From NCBI GenBank assembly GCA_041690395.1, contig JAWLHJ010000004.1, positions 1 to 64,000 of the forward strand: a stretch of 64,000 bases of DNA, given 5' to 3'. This DNA comes from Longimicrobiales bacterium. Lineage in GTDB: Bacteria > Gemmatimonadota > Gemmatimonadetes > Longimicrobiales > Gaopeijiaceae. Within the stretch, counting starts at the first letter, position 1. Each line of letters begins with the position of its first letter. Under the pieces are notes generated by a model. It saw nothing but the letters and a program-made list of their open reading frames with translations. It searched no databases and was not told the origin of the DNA. Both the position numbers and the translations under genes were made by a program. Below, one piece after another: positions 1 through 11,100 of the stretch.

Positions 1-693
1 TTCACGCCCGAGCTCCGCGCCGAGGCGCTCGAGATCGTCAGCGAGTACCGCATGGGGCCCCTGTTCAACCCGCCCATGGTGTCCGGCCAGGGTGGCATCG
101 AGGCGGCCATCCACTGCCCCGGAGCCAACGGCGGCACCAACATCCCCGGCGGCACCGTCGCCGATCCCGAGACCGGCATCCTCTACACGGCCCACATCCG
201 GGCCTGCAGTGCGCCGAGGCTTCAGCCGGGCACGGACGTCGACCCCGAGTCGAACGTCGACTGGGTATCCGTCGGGCCGGGTGGTGTGAGAGGGCCCCAG
301 GGGCTCCCCCTCTACCGGCCGCCGTACTCCAGCATCACGGCCATCGACATGAACACGGGTGAGCACCTGTGGTCGATCCCGAACGGGTTCACGCCCGACC
401 GCATCAAGGACCACCCGGCGCTACAGGGCGTCGATATCGGCAACACCGGCACCACCGGCCACGCCACCGCCCTCGTGACCCGTAGCCTCTTCATCTACGC
501 GGAAGGGCGTGGCCAGAGGCCCGTCCTCTACGCCATCGACAAGCGCACCGCCGAGCCCATCGGTCAGGTCGACATCCCGGCGCCCACCAACACCGCGCCC
601 ATGACCTTCATGCACGACGGCGACCAGTACATCGTGCTGCCCGTCGGCTCCGGTGAGCTCCCGGGCTCCCTCGTCGCGCTCAAGCTGCCGTAA
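1..693 (+). CDS. PQQ-dependent (glucose/quinate-type) dehydrogenase, C-terminal part, 5'-truncated by the window edge
   Basis: Frame is open from base 1 (FTPELRAEALEIV...). Motifs PPYSSITAIDMNTGEHLW, LYAIDKRT and APMTFMHDGDQYIV match the PQQ beta-propeller C-terminus. Confidence 0.8.
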   Translation, partial: FTPELRAEALEIVSEYRMGPLFNPPMVSGQGGIEAAIHCPGANGGTNIPGGTVADPETGILYTAHIRACSAPRLQPGTDVDPESNVDWVSVGPGGVRGPQGLPLYRPPYSSITAIDMNTGEHLWSIPNGFTPDRIKDHPALQGVDIGNTGTTGHATALVTRSLFIYAEGRGQRPVLYAIDKRTAEPIGQVDIPAPTNTAPMTFMHDGDQYIVLPVGSGELPGSLVALKLP

Positions 694-768
694 CGTCGGC
701 GCCGCTCCCCGGGGCAGACAGTCCCCGGGGGCGGCCGACGCGTTCAATGGGCGCAGGCTAGTACGCTA

Positions 769-812
769 AACGTCCCCTCCGGAGAGCGGTACGGCTCTCC
801 GGAGGGGACGTT
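769..812. terminator. Perfect 19-bp hairpin between convergent genes, likely bidirectional terminator
   Basis: aacgtcccctccggagagc - ggtacg - gctctccggaggggacgtt. Confidence 0.7.
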
Positions 813-860
813 CGTCGCTCCGAGCCAGGGGAGGCCTGTCTCCCCCCATGGACTAGCCTC

Positions 861-2699
861 TCAGCAAACTGCGCAGTTGTGGTTGTTCTGGGATCCCAGT
901 GACTCCAGGAGCGCAAGGGCTTCCGGATGTACCGGCAGCCGCTGACCGGGCGAGTTGGCCATATCCGCCGTGGTTTGGCCCCGACGGCTGAGCAGCGTCA
1001 CGTCCGCCCCCTGCTCCACCAGATACTGAATCAGGGGCACGTCGCCGCGCGCCGCGGCGTGATGGAGCGCCGTGTAGCCATTGTGGTCGCGCGAGTTCAC
1101 ATCCGCGCCCAACTCCTCGACCAGATAGCGCACGGACGGGAGCCAGCCGCCGGGCGCATGCCGGTGGATGTTCCCCTCCGAGTAGTTCTCGCCGTATCCG
1201 ACACCGGAGGCTGCCTGGATCGGATAGGTGCCCGGCCCACCCGGGGGAACCGGGGGCAGCCCACTCGGATCGAGCTCGGGCGTCTCGGTCGAGTCGGGCT
1301 CGTTACGTGGCCGACGAGGCTCGGGGGCTCGCGTCGGGATCGCCGGATCGGCCCCGTGAGCCACGAGCAGACGCATCGCCGCCACATCCGTGCCGTACGC
1401 GGCCCGCCAGAACGGCGTGGCACCGGTCGCGTCACGCCCGCCCCAGCTGTACCAGAGGTCCTTCTCGAGCCGCACGTTCGGATCGGCCCCCGCCTCGAGC
1501 AACGCTTCCATCAAGGTCAGGTAATCGGCCTCCTGGAACTCGTGCGCCCGCGGCTGCGCGTACCGGGTCTTCGGCGCCCACTGGAGATTGATCGCCCCAT
1601 AAAGCGGCGTGGCGCCTGCATGGCTCGCGATGCGCGGATCCGCGCCCCGCTCGAGCAAGGTCATCGCCACGTCGAAGTGGCCATTGATGGTGGCAGCGAG
1701 CAACGGGCTGGTGCCGTCTCCGGCGCTCACCTGGTCGATGTCCGCACCGGCATCGAGGAGTGCCGTCGTGGCCTCGAAGTGCCCGCTCCGAGCCGCATGG
1801 ATCAGGGGCGTGAGGCCACCCCAGGCACCGACGGGGTGCTCCTCGATCTCCGGAGTCGTCCGCTCGCCCTCCTCTTTGTCCGCCTCGGCCGCGGCCGAGG
1901 CCTCGAGCGCGGCCACACCCTTGGCCTGGACCGAGCGGGCGATCTCGATGGCCGCCTGCGCCTGTTCAGCCGTGGGGCGCCACGTCCCTTCGACATTCAG
2001 AGCCCGCCTGAACCCGTCGAGCGTCTCGTGCAGTCGATCCTGGGCGAGCTCGTCCACCGCGGCCTGCTCGGAGACGTTGATGACCCGTGCCGTCGCACCC
2101 ACGTCCGCTCCCGCCGCGACGAGGGCCGAGATCGCATCGACCCGGTTCAGGTTCACGGCATAGAACAGGGGCGTATGACCCCAATGGTCGTCGCGCCCGT
2201 CCACGTCGGCACCCTTCGCCACGAGCAAGCGGATGGACTCGACGTCACCGGCTTCGGCGGCGAGATGCAGCGGAGACGCACCGGTCGTCGTGGCACGAGC
2301 GTTCGGATCCGCCCCACGCTCCAGGACCGCGGCAACCACTTCGTGGTGCCCGGCACGCGCGGCCACGTGCAGCGGCGTGTACCGTCCGATGCGCGTTCCG
2401 GCGCTCACGTTGGCGCCCGCGTCGAGGAGCAGCCGCGCCATCTCGGCGTGCCCGTTCCGGGCCGCCCAGTGGAGCGCCGTCATACCGTCACCCAACGGAG
2501 CATTCACGTCGAGGCCAGCCTCGACGTATCGCCTCACCCCCTCCAGGTCCCCCGCGCGAGCCGCCTCCGCTACGGGATCCTCCTGTAGCACGGTCCCGAG
2601 AACCTCGGCGGGCACGATCACCATCGTCGCGGCGGCCATCAGAAGGAGAAGCGGCGCCACGACGCCGACCCGACCGGAACCCAAGCCTCGGGACCTCAT
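861..2699 (-). CDS. Exported ankyrin-repeat protein with C-terminal CxxC
   Basis: Many ankyrin motifs (GMTALHWAA, TPLHVAA, SPLHLAA, TPLIHAA, TALHHAA) and a hydrophobic N-terminus. Its ATG overlaps the upstream stop (TAATG). Ends NNHNCAVC. Confidence 0.85.
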   Translation of the reverse strand: MRSRGLGSGRVGVVAPLLLLMAAATMVIVPAEVLGTVLQEDPVAEAARAGDLEGVRRYVEAGLDVNAPLGDGMTALHWAARNGHAEMARLLLDAGANVSAGTRIGRYTPLHVAARAGHHEVVAAVLERGADPNARATTTGASPLHLAAEAGDVESIRLLVAKGADVDGRDDHWGHTPLFYAVNLNRVDAISALVAAGADVGATARVINVSEQAAVDELAQDRLHETLDGFRRALNVEGTWRPTAEQAQAAIEIARSVQAKGVAALEASAAAEADKEEGERTTPEIEEHPVGAWGGLTPLIHAARSGHFEATTALLDAGADIDQVSAGDGTSPLLAATINGHFDVAMTLLERGADPRIASHAGATPLYGAINLQWAPKTRYAQPRAHEFQEADYLTLMEALLEAGADPNVRLEKDLWYSWGGRDATGATPFWRAAYGTDVAAMRLLVAHGADPAIPTRAPEPRRPRNEPDSTETPELDPSGLPPVPPGGPGTYPIQAASGVGYGENYSEGNIHRHAPGGWLPSVRYLVEELGADVNSRDHNGYTALHHAAARGDVPLIQYLVEQGADVTLLSRRGQTTADMANSPGQRLPVHPEALALLESLGSQNNHNCAVC

Positions 2700-4132
2700 T
2701 ACCGCGCCTCCGCCTGGGCGGTGGCTGCCGCCCCGCCAGCGTAGCTGATGGGCATCTCGCCGGTGCTGTCCCCGAAGGACTCGATATCGTCGTGTCCGAG
2801 CGCCTGCATCAGCGAGACGAACGTGTTCGCCATCGGCGTCCCGTCGGGTGCCTTGATGTGGAGGTTCCCGGTCAGCGCCCCGTTCCCACCGCCGAACAGG
2901 ACGAGCGGGCAGCGGCGATGGTTGTGCAGGTTCGCATCGCCCATGGGTGAGCCCCACACGATGGCCGTCTTGTCCAGCAGCGTCTGGTCGCCCTCGGTCG
3001 CCTGGTCGAGCTTCTCGAGGAAATAGGCCATCTGACCCATCCGGTACCGGCTGATCTTGTTGAACTCCAGAATCGACTCCTCCCGGCCACCGTGATGTGA
3101 GGCCGCGTGGAAGGCGGTGTCTGATTCGGACTCGGGGAAGATCCGGTTCGACGCGTCACGACCGGTCTTGAACGAGATGACCCGCGTCAGGTCGGTCTGG
3201 AGCGCCATGACCTGGAGATCGAACATGATCTCCATGTGCTCGGTGAAGGAGTCCGGCACGCCCGCTGGCGCTTCCGGGATCTCACGGGCCTCACCGCTGG
3301 TATTGTAGGCTTCGACCATCTGGATCTTCCGCTCGACCTCGCGCACGCCCTCGAGATAGCGATCCATCTCGACCCGGTCGTGGGTGCCCAACTGGCGCTT
3401 GAGCGCGCCGATCTCACCCGTCACCCAGTCCAGGATGCTCGCATTCGTGCGCCGGCGCGTCGCACGCTCTTCCTCCGTTCCGCCGGCTCCGAAGATCATG
3501 TCGAACGCGACTCTCGGATCCCGGACCATCGGCAGCGGATCGGTGGGTGACGCCCAACTGATCGAGTCCGTGTAGGCGCAGTGATAGTTGTACCAGCAGC
3601 CCCCGGACTGGTTGAGACTCTCGATGCAGAGCTGAAGCGACGGGAGGGCGTTGTCACGCCCGAAGCGCTGCGCGTGGAGCTGGTCGATCGACGTTCCCGC
3701 GTAGATGTCGGAGCCCTGCGTCTGCTTGGGGTGTGACTGCGTCAGGAAGACCACGCTCGAGCGAAAATGGTCGCCGCCGATCTCCCGCGAGTCGAACGCC
3801 TCGGCCATCCGCACGTCGGTGTTGCTGATGATCGTCATCTGATCCCGCCACGCCTCGAGCGGCTCCAGACAGCTGTCGGGATGGATCTCGAAGTCACGCC
3901 CCACCGTGCTCGGCGCGAAGAGGCCCTGCTCGTGCCCCCAGGTGTTGCACCCGGCCACGCCGTGCACTTCCTCGATACAGACCAGTCGCGTGGGGTCGGC
4001 CTCGTCGCTTCCGTTCCCTACCCCGCCCCTTCGACCCGCCGGCACCATCGCATCGAGAAACGGCAGGGCGACACTGGCACCGGCGCCGCGGAGAAACGTG
4101 CGGCGATGGATGTTCCGTCCGGTCAAGAACAT
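2699..4132 (-). CDS. DUF1552-family protein with twin-arginine signal
   Basis: HRRTFLRGAGASVALPFLDAM N-terminus; family-like motifs SIDQ, PSLQL, ISW, TRV, HAASHH, LLD; GGAGG RBS before the ATG at 4132. Confidence 0.85.
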   Translation of the reverse strand: MFLTGRNIHRRTFLRGAGASVALPFLDAMVPAGRRGGVGNGSDEADPTRLVCIEEVHGVAGCNTWGHEQGLFAPSTVGRDFEIHPDSCLEPLEAWRDQMTIISNTDVRMAEAFDSREIGGDHFRSSVVFLTQSHPKQTQGSDIYAGTSIDQLHAQRFGRDNALPSLQLCIESLNQSGGCWYNYHCAYTDSISWASPTDPLPMVRDPRVAFDMIFGAGGTEEERATRRRTNASILDWVTGEIGALKRQLGTHDRVEMDRYLEGVREVERKIQMVEAYNTSGEAREIPEAPAGVPDSFTEHMEIMFDLQVMALQTDLTRVISFKTGRDASNRIFPESESDTAFHAASHHGGREESILEFNKISRYRMGQMAYFLEKLDQATEGDQTLLDKTAIVWGSPMGDANLHNHRRCPLVLFGGGNGALTGNLHIKAPDGTPMANTFVSLMQALGHDDIESFGDSTGEMPISYAGGAAATAQAEAR

Positions 4133-4174
4133 GGTGGGGACCTCCAAGAGGTGTGGAAGAGTGTTCTTACGAGC

Positions 4175-6604
4175 TCAGTTCGACTGTGCGGCGTCGGTCG
4201 TGGCGCCGAGGGAAACCTTCTGCTGGAACGCGTCGCTGTTCACGACACCGAGAATGAACGAGGACATGCGGTACTCGTTCTGCGCCGCCTCGTCCGCGAT
4301 GGCCCGGATGGTCGGCTGGTCGTAGTACTCGATCCGTCGTCCGAGCGCGTAGGCCATCAGGTTGGTCGCGAACGTGCGGACCAGAGGAACCGGACGCTCG
4401 AGAAGAGCGTCCATGAGGTCGACGGGCGAAGAGACTTCCGTCCCGTCATAGAGCTCGCCCTGGGTGTCCACCGGCACACCGTTCTCCCGCAACCGCCAAC
4501 GGCCGGTCACATCGAAGTTCTCGAGCGCGATGCCGATCGGATCCATGAAGCGATGACACGCGTTGCACGTGGGATTGGCCCGGTGTTGCTCGAGCTTCTC
4601 GCGGGTGGTCAGCATGCGCGTTCCGTCCGCCTCCCCGACCTCGTCGAGCTCCGGGACATTGGGCGGCGGAGGCGGGGGTGGTGTGTTCAGGAGGACCTCC
4701 ATGACCCACTTACCGCGAAGCACCGGAGATGTCCGGTTACCCATGGACGTGAGCATGAGGACGCTACCGTGACCCAGGATGCCCTTCCGGGGCATCCCTT
4801 CCGGGTACGCGACCCGCTCGAAGTCCTCGCCGAGCGTCGCCGGGATGCCGTAGTGCGCCGCGAGCCGACGGTTGAGGAACGTGTAATCCGCCTCGTACAA
4901 CTCGAACAGGCTTCGGTCTTCGCGCACGAGGTGCTCGAAGAACAGCTCCGTCTCGTGCCTCATATCCTGCCCGAGCTGCTCATAGAAGTACGGGAACCAG
5001 AATGCGTCGGGCCGCACACGCTCCAGATCCGGCAGGCGAAGCCACTGGCTGGCGAACCGCGTGGCGAGAGCCTCGGAACGCGGATCGGCGAGCATTCGGC
5101 GCACCTGCCGCTCGAGTTCATCGCCGGACAACCGTCCCTCGTCCGCCACCCGCACGAGCTCCTCGTCCGGGGGTGATCCCCAGAGGAAGAAGGAAAGGCG
5201 TGAGGCGAGCGCGAGGTCGTCCAGATCGAAGGTCTCCCCAGCGCGCAGCCCCTCCGGCTCCGCCTCCAGGCGGAAGATGAAGTGGGGACTCGCCAGGATA
5301 CCCTCGATCGCGGTTCGGATACCGATCTCGAAGCCCCCCTCACCCAGACCCGACTCGAACAGCGACATGAGTCCCTCCGTGTCCTGTTCCGTCAGGGGAC
5401 GCCGGTACGCGCGGCGGGCCAGACGGGTCACGATCTCCTCGGCACACGGCTGCACCTCCTCGGGAACCGAGGGGCGACACGAGAAGATCCGCTCCCGGGC
5501 CTCCGTAGCGGACGACGCCCGGGGGTTCGTGGGGCCGATGATGGTCATGTCCCGCAGGTGCGGGAGCAGCGTGACGCCGTACTCGACCGGCTCCCGAGTG
5601 CCTGCGAGCGACCAGTCGTGCGGCTCCAGCACGTCATCGTAGGGGCCATCCACGTTGCGGATGAACGACACGGCCACCCTGCGCTGCCCACCTTCGATGA
5701 AGATCGGCTTCGTCTGCATGGTCCAGTCGGGCCCCAGGTCGTACCTGAAAAGCACCTCCAGCTCGACCAGGTCGACCCGCTCGCCGTCGATCGAGATGTC
5801 GAGATCCTCGTTGCGCGCGATGTCGCCCGCCCAGAGGGATACGTCGAAGACGTACTCACCGCTCGCGGGAAAATGATGATCGACCACGATGCCGCCTCGG
5901 GTGCCGTATGGCGCCCCGTCGACCTGGTCCCATGCATGCTGCGACTGGTAGACGGGCACACGGTACGTCTCGGACGTCGGGGCGGCCTCGCTGTGGCCTA
6001 GGGCCAGCCGGCTCACATCGTTCGCCGCCGTGAGGTAGGCCTCCAGCAGCGTGGAGGACAGCGTCTGAGCCACCGCCATGTTGTCGAAGTTGGCGAGCAA
6101 CATGTCCTGCGGGAGCCAGTTGCTGGCATCGACCTTGATCCCGAGCACATCCTCGATCGCGGCCTCGTATTCGGGGCGGTTGAGCCGCTGGAACCGCCTG
6201 GTCCCGGGATTCGGCTGACTGGCCGCCGCGCGGTCGACCACGTCCTCGAGGGTCTCGGTGAGCGCCAGAAGCGTATCGCCGGCGGGGCGCCGGGCGCCGG
6301 GCGGTGGCATCATCGCCGCGCGGAGCTTGTTGATCATCCGCTCCGTGGTCTCGGGCTGCTCGGCCGCGGCCTCGACCCGGAAGCCCTCCAGGGAGAGGTT
6401 GCCCGTGAGGCGTCGGTCGCTGTGACAGCGGACGCAATACTGGTCCACCGTCTCCGAGAGGTCGGCGGCCGAGGGGCGAGGAGCGTGCGCTGTCGCTACA
6501 CCCTCTGGAGAGGCCGTGACGGCCGGCAGGAGCGCTGGCGAAGACGACCAGCCCAGACCTACGAGAGTTGCGAATGTCACCCCTGTCCACACGGCCCTCG
6601 ACAT
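4175..6604 (-). CDS. DUF1592/1588/1595/1587/1585 multi-domain cytochrome c-like protein
   Basis: Two CxxCH motifs (CVRCH, CNACH); RLNRPEY, LASRLSFFLW, RTSPVLRGKWV, PPPPPPNVP; AGGAGG RBS. Confidence 0.85.
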   Translation of the reverse strand: MSRAVWTGVTFATLVGLGWSSSPALLPAVTASPEGVATAHAPRPSAADLSETVDQYCVRCHSDRRLTGNLSLEGFRVEAAAEQPETTERMINKLRAAMMPPPGARRPAGDTLLALTETLEDVVDRAAASQPNPGTRRFQRLNRPEYEAAIEDVLGIKVDASNWLPQDMLLANFDNMAVAQTLSSTLLEAYLTAANDVSRLALGHSEAAPTSETYRVPVYQSQHAWDQVDGAPYGTRGGIVVDHHFPASGEYVFDVSLWAGDIARNEDLDISIDGERVDLVELEVLFRYDLGPDWTMQTKPIFIEGGQRRVAVSFIRNVDGPYDDVLEPHDWSLAGTREPVEYGVTLLPHLRDMTIIGPTNPRASSATEARERIFSCRPSVPEEVQPCAEEIVTRLARRAYRRPLTEQDTEGLMSLFESGLGEGGFEIGIRTAIEGILASPHFIFRLEAEPEGLRAGETFDLDDLALASRLSFFLWGSPPDEELVRVADEGRLSGDELERQVRRMLADPRSEALATRFASQWLRLPDLERVRPDAFWFPYFYEQLGQDMRHETELFFEHLVREDRSLFELYEADYTFLNRRLAAHYGIPATLGEDFERVAYPEGMPRKGILGHGSVLMLTSMGNRTSPVLRGKWVMEVLLNTPPPPPPPNVPELDEVGEADGTRMLTTREKLEQHRANPTCNACHRFMDPIGIALENFDVTGRWRLRENGVPVDTQGELYDGTEVSSPVDLMDALLERPVPLVRTFATNLMAYALGRRIEYYDQPTIRAIADEAAQNEYRMSSFILGVVNSDAFQQKVSLGATTDAAQSN

Positions 6605-6814
6605 CGCAGCCTCCTGGCTGAACCCTTCACACTGAAAATAACGTAACCGAGCCCGCCCGAGAGGGGCAAGCTCAAGCTACACGGGGCGCCCCCTGATCCT
6701 TTATAAGACCCATAACGCGCGCTTTTTGTTGAAATCCGTCGACGGTCCCGGGGATGGACAGCACCCCATACGGCTCGGGTGGGGGCGCGCTCGGCTCTCC
6801 GGCCGCCCCGTGGA

Positions 6815-6849
6815 CGCGGCGCACCGGTAACCAGCACCGGTGCGCCGCG
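6815..6849. terminator. 14-bp perfect hairpin downstream of the first susD-like gene
   Basis: cgcggcgcaccggt - aaccagc - accggtgcgccgcg; no clear U-tract. Confidence 0.45.
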
Positions 6850-6889
6850 GGACCACGCACTGCTACTTCTTCAGGAGATCACCGCCGGC

Positions 6890-8194
6890 TCATCCACCCC
6901 CGCCGGCGATGTTCGGATTGTTGAACCGCTCCTGGACGGAGATCGGCCAACGCGGCTCGGTGCCGATATCGATGTTCCGCTGGATCCACGCGAGTGGGAT
7001 GATCTCGTAGTACCGATGGTCCTCCCACCGCCGACCTTCGAGCCAGAGCTCCGTGTCCCGCTCGTAGAGGAGCTGGTCCCAGATCTCCGCCTCGTCCGTG
7101 CTGGCGAAGGGATCCAGTCCGGAGCGCGCCCGCACCAGGTTGATGTAATCCACCGCCCCGTCCGGGTCGTCGTCGAGCAACCGCGCTTCCGCCACGATCA
7201 GCTCGGCCTCCGCCGCGCGGCTGGCCGGCAGGGGCGTCGCGCGTTCGGGGAACTTCATCTGGAGGTAACGGCTCTCGCCACGTGGCCCCGGCGTCTCGGG
7301 TGTGGGATTGAAGATGATCCGCGGGTCGACCTCACCGGTCACCGGGTCCAGCCGGAACGCGTACGACTCGTGCATCCGGTGGTACGGACCCTCCGTCAGT
7401 CCCGTGAAGTGGCCGTTCGACGTCCCCGGCTGACCATACCGCAGATTGAGCCGATAATCGTCATCGATACCCAGCGCCTGAAGCGCGTAGGTCTCGGCCT
7501 GGGCCATGTCCGCCGCACTTCCGCCGCCGGCGATCTCCGCCTCGTAATAGAGCGATCGCATGGCCCGAGCCGCACCACCGAGCGCGGCCGCCTGTAGGTT
7601 CGACTCCCCGGCGGCCCCCGCGATATCCGCGGCGCTCAGGAACCGGTCGCGCGCATCGGCGATGGCCTGCGCCGGCGGGATGGCCGGCCCTCCGTCGTAC
7701 ACCACGGCCTCATAGTAGGCAGCCGCGGTGATGCGGCCCAGCGCCCCCATGAAGTAGCTGTTTGCAATACCGGCGTGGGAGCCAGGGTTCGCGACCATCG
7801 CCGTGAGCCGCTCGACCATGTTGTCCGAGACCCAGATCGACGACATCAAGCCGTTGTAGAGGGATTCGGCGACCGAAATATCACGGTCCCGGTAACCCGC
7901 ATCGATCAGGAGCGCGAAGTCCTGTACCGAGGGGTGCCAGACGTGGTCTCCGAGCATCTCACCGTTCACGAGCGCCGACGCGAAAGGCCCCACCAGCGAG
8001 CCTTCCGCGGTGGTCGAGAGCGTTGACTCGAGGAACGGGACCTCGAGGTCCTCGTCCACGAGGCTGCCGGGGTTCTCGACCTCGAAGATGTCGTCGCAGG
8101 CGCCGAGCACGCTCAGCCCCATTGCGAGCACCAGGTACCGCCCCGCGCGGTCAAGGGACCGGGACGGCTTCCGAGCTGTGTTCATGAATGTCAT
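6890..8194 (-). CDS. SusD/RagB-like outer-membrane lipoprotein (copy 1)
   Basis: Lipobox LGAC; C-terminal AELIVAEA...INLVRAR...ERDTELWLEGRRWED; directly downstream of a SusC. An alternative GTG start lies at 8203. Confidence 0.8.
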   Translation of the reverse strand: MTFMNTARKPSRSLDRAGRYLVLAMGLSVLGACDDIFEVENPGSLVDEDLEVPFLESTLSTTAEGSLVGPFASALVNGEMLGDHVWHPSVQDFALLIDAGYRDRDISVAESLYNGLMSSIWVSDNMVERLTAMVANPGSHAGIANSYFMGALGRITAAAYYEAVVYDGGPAIPPAQAIADARDRFLSAADIAGAAGESNLQAAALGGAARAMRSLYYEAEIAGGGSAADMAQAETYALQALGIDDDYRLNLRYGQPGTSNGHFTGLTEGPYHRMHESYAFRLDPVTGEVDPRIIFNPTPETPGPRGESRYLQMKFPERATPLPASRAAEAELIVAEARLLDDDPDGAVDYINLVRARSGLDPFASTDEAEIWDQLLYERDTELWLEGRRWEDHRYYEIIPLAWIQRNIDIGTEPRWPISVQERFNNPNIAGGGG

Positions 8195-8199
8195 GGCCC

Positions 8200-11100
8200 T
8201 CACCTCGTGGTCCGGATGGAGAAGACGTACCGCCGGGGTGTGGGGGCGGAGATGTAGTCGATGTTCGACTCGAAGATGCTGCCTCCGAGGGACTGGCCGG
8301 CCGCCGAGACGCCGGGGTCGAGGAGCCCGCTGTAGCCCGTGAACGTGTGCAGGTTACGACCGCCCACCGAGATGCTGGTGCGGCCCAACCCAACGCGCTG
8401 CGAGAGTTCCAACGGGAGGTCGTAGCTGACGGACAACTCGCTGAACTTCAGGAAGTCGCCCTTCTCGAAGAAGGACGGAACGACCGCCCAGTGCTTCTCC
8501 CCGTACGCCTGCGCGGCGGCGGCTTTCTGCTCGGCCGTCGAGGCTGGGTCGGCCAGGATGCGGACGGTGTTCGCGCCGAACTCGTTGATGCCCAGAGACT
8601 GCCTGAGCACCTCGGTCTCGTTGGACATGAGGAAGCCGCCCGCACCCGTGAAGATCGTCCGGATGCTCAGGTTCTCCCCGAAGCGGAACGTGCTGCCGAA
8701 GTCCACCGTCCAGGACGGCAACGCGTCACCGTGCACCACCAACGCTTCACTCCCATCGTCGTTGCGGAGGACGTTGGGCTGGATCTGGCTCGTGCTGGTG
8801 AGGAGAGATGCGTCCGCTACGGTCAGCGTGTAGGGGTTCGCGGGATCCTGTTTCGGACCGATCAGCACGCCGGGACGATGTCCTTCGGCCAGCCAGCCCC
8901 AACGGCGCCGGGTCGAGAGCCGGATGTCCGGGATCCCGCCCATGTCGGTGATTTCCTGATCGATGTAGGTGTACGAGGCGTTGACGTCCCAGCCCAGGCC
9001 GGCGGACTCGATGATGCGCGCGTCGGCGATGAACTCGAGGCCCCAGGACTGCATCTCGCCGATGTTGCGGAGCTGGGTGGAGGTGAACCCGCTCGACGGC
9101 GGCGGGGAGACGCTCATGAGAGCGTCGCTGGTGGTCTGGTTGAAGTACACCGCCTCCAGGCCGATACGTCCACCCGCCAGGCCGGCCTCGATGGCCAGCT
9201 CCCGCTCGGTGGAGCGCTCCGGCTTCAGGTCCGGGTTACCGAGGTTGTTCGGCTCGATCTGGGGTACCCCGCCGGCGAACACACCGGGATCCCAGGTGCG
9301 CTGCGCGTCGAAGGCACCGGGCTGCAGCCCCGACGCGCCGATGGCGCCCCGAAGCCGGAACGACTCCACGCCCGGAATGCTGAAGAAGTCGTAGTCGGAC
9401 AGCACCCACGAGAACCCGACCTTCGGGTAGGTGGTGAGCCCGAAGTCCTCACCGAACGCGGAGTTGCCGTCCATCCGCAATCCGCCCGTGAGGAACAGCC
9501 TATCGTCGAAGCCGAACTGCTGCTGGACGAAGAAGCCGGCGTTGATCACGTCCTCCTGGTCCTCGGTGAGGCTCGAGATCACCGTGGCGCCCGAGAAGGT
9601 GCTCAGCGTCGGCGAAGAGAACTCGGACTTCTGCGCGTTCTCGCTGTTGATGCCTTCCCAGAAGCTCTGCCCGCCGACAGTCGTCGTCGACGAGATGCTC
9701 CCCGTGAGGTCCGTCGACCAGTTGATGCTACCGTCGAGCGTCGTGGCGTAGCTGCTGCGGTTCTGGATCTGGCGGACGCCGGGCCGGCCGGCGTAGTCGC
9801 CTTCCGCGGCGAACCGCGTGCGCTTCCGCACCACGTCGTTATGACCCACCCGGAAGGTGGCGGAGATGTCGTCGGTCACGTCGAAGAAGAGCGACGCGTT
9901 CAGCATGACGTTCGTGGTCACCATCTCGTCCTGCATGGTGAGCCGCTCGGCCACCGGCATCTCCGACTCACCGTGCGTGAACCGCTCGGTGGCGTTGGCG
10001 GGGTTCGCCAGCAGGAAGTCGGACGCGATGGACGACCAGGACGGCCACGATGCGGTCAGGTCGCTGCGCACGACACTCATGTCCACGGCGGACCGGAAGC
10101 GCTCGGAGTGCGTGAAGTCGAAGCCGGTGCGCAGCGAGCGATTCCCGGAGCCGTGGTTCGGGCTATGCCCGTCCTCGTCCTGCAAACGCCCGGAGACGGA
10201 ATACCGGATGCTCGGGCTCCCGCCACGAACCGCCATCGTGTAGTTCTGATAGTGACCGATGTCGATCCAGTCCTCGGCCGGGAGATCCGTCACCACCGTG
10301 CCGATGAGCGCAGGATTGCTCTGGCCTACGGCGCTGCTCGCGGAGACGTATCCAGCCTGCGGCTTCCACTTGCTGTTCGGCAGGTGGATGAGCTGCTGAT
10401 CGATGCCGAAGGTCCAGACCGGCGCCTGCACGGCGCCGCGCTTGGTGAAGATCTGGATGACGCCGCTGGACGCCTCGGTGCCGAACAGCGTGGCCGCCGC
10501 GGCGCCCTTGATGACCTCGATGCGCTCGATGTCCGCCGGGTTGATGTCCCCGAGACGGTTGGTGGCCGTTCCGCCCACGCTGTAGGTCCGGTTCTCCATC
10601 CGGACGCCGTCGACGTAGATGAGCGGCTCGTTACGGAGGGCCGTGTTCAGGGACGCTACACCGCGGAGGGTGATGGCCGTGGCCGCGCCCGACTCACCCA
10701 TCGCCTGGCCGCCGATCCCCGGGACCCGCCCGAAGAGCGCGTCGGCCACGCCCGTGATGGGAGCCTCTTCGAGCTCCTCGGCCCCCACCGAGTTGATGGT
10801 CTGCCCGAGCTGCCGACGCTGCGCCGGAGCGCCCGTGCCGGTGACCACGATCTCGTCGAGGTCGACGGCCTGGCTGCGGAGGGCGAAGTCGAGGGTGACG
10901 GAGCCACCCGCGGGTACCGTGACCGTCTGAGTCTCCGCGGCAAAGCCGATGAGCCGCACTTCGACCGTGACCTGGCCGGAGGGCACGCCCTCGACGCGGT
11001 ACTGACCCCGCACGTCACTCAGAGCGCCGATGTTCATCCCGGAGATGAACACCTGGGCCGAGTTCAACGGACGGAGTGTCGCCTGATCCGTCACCTGCCC

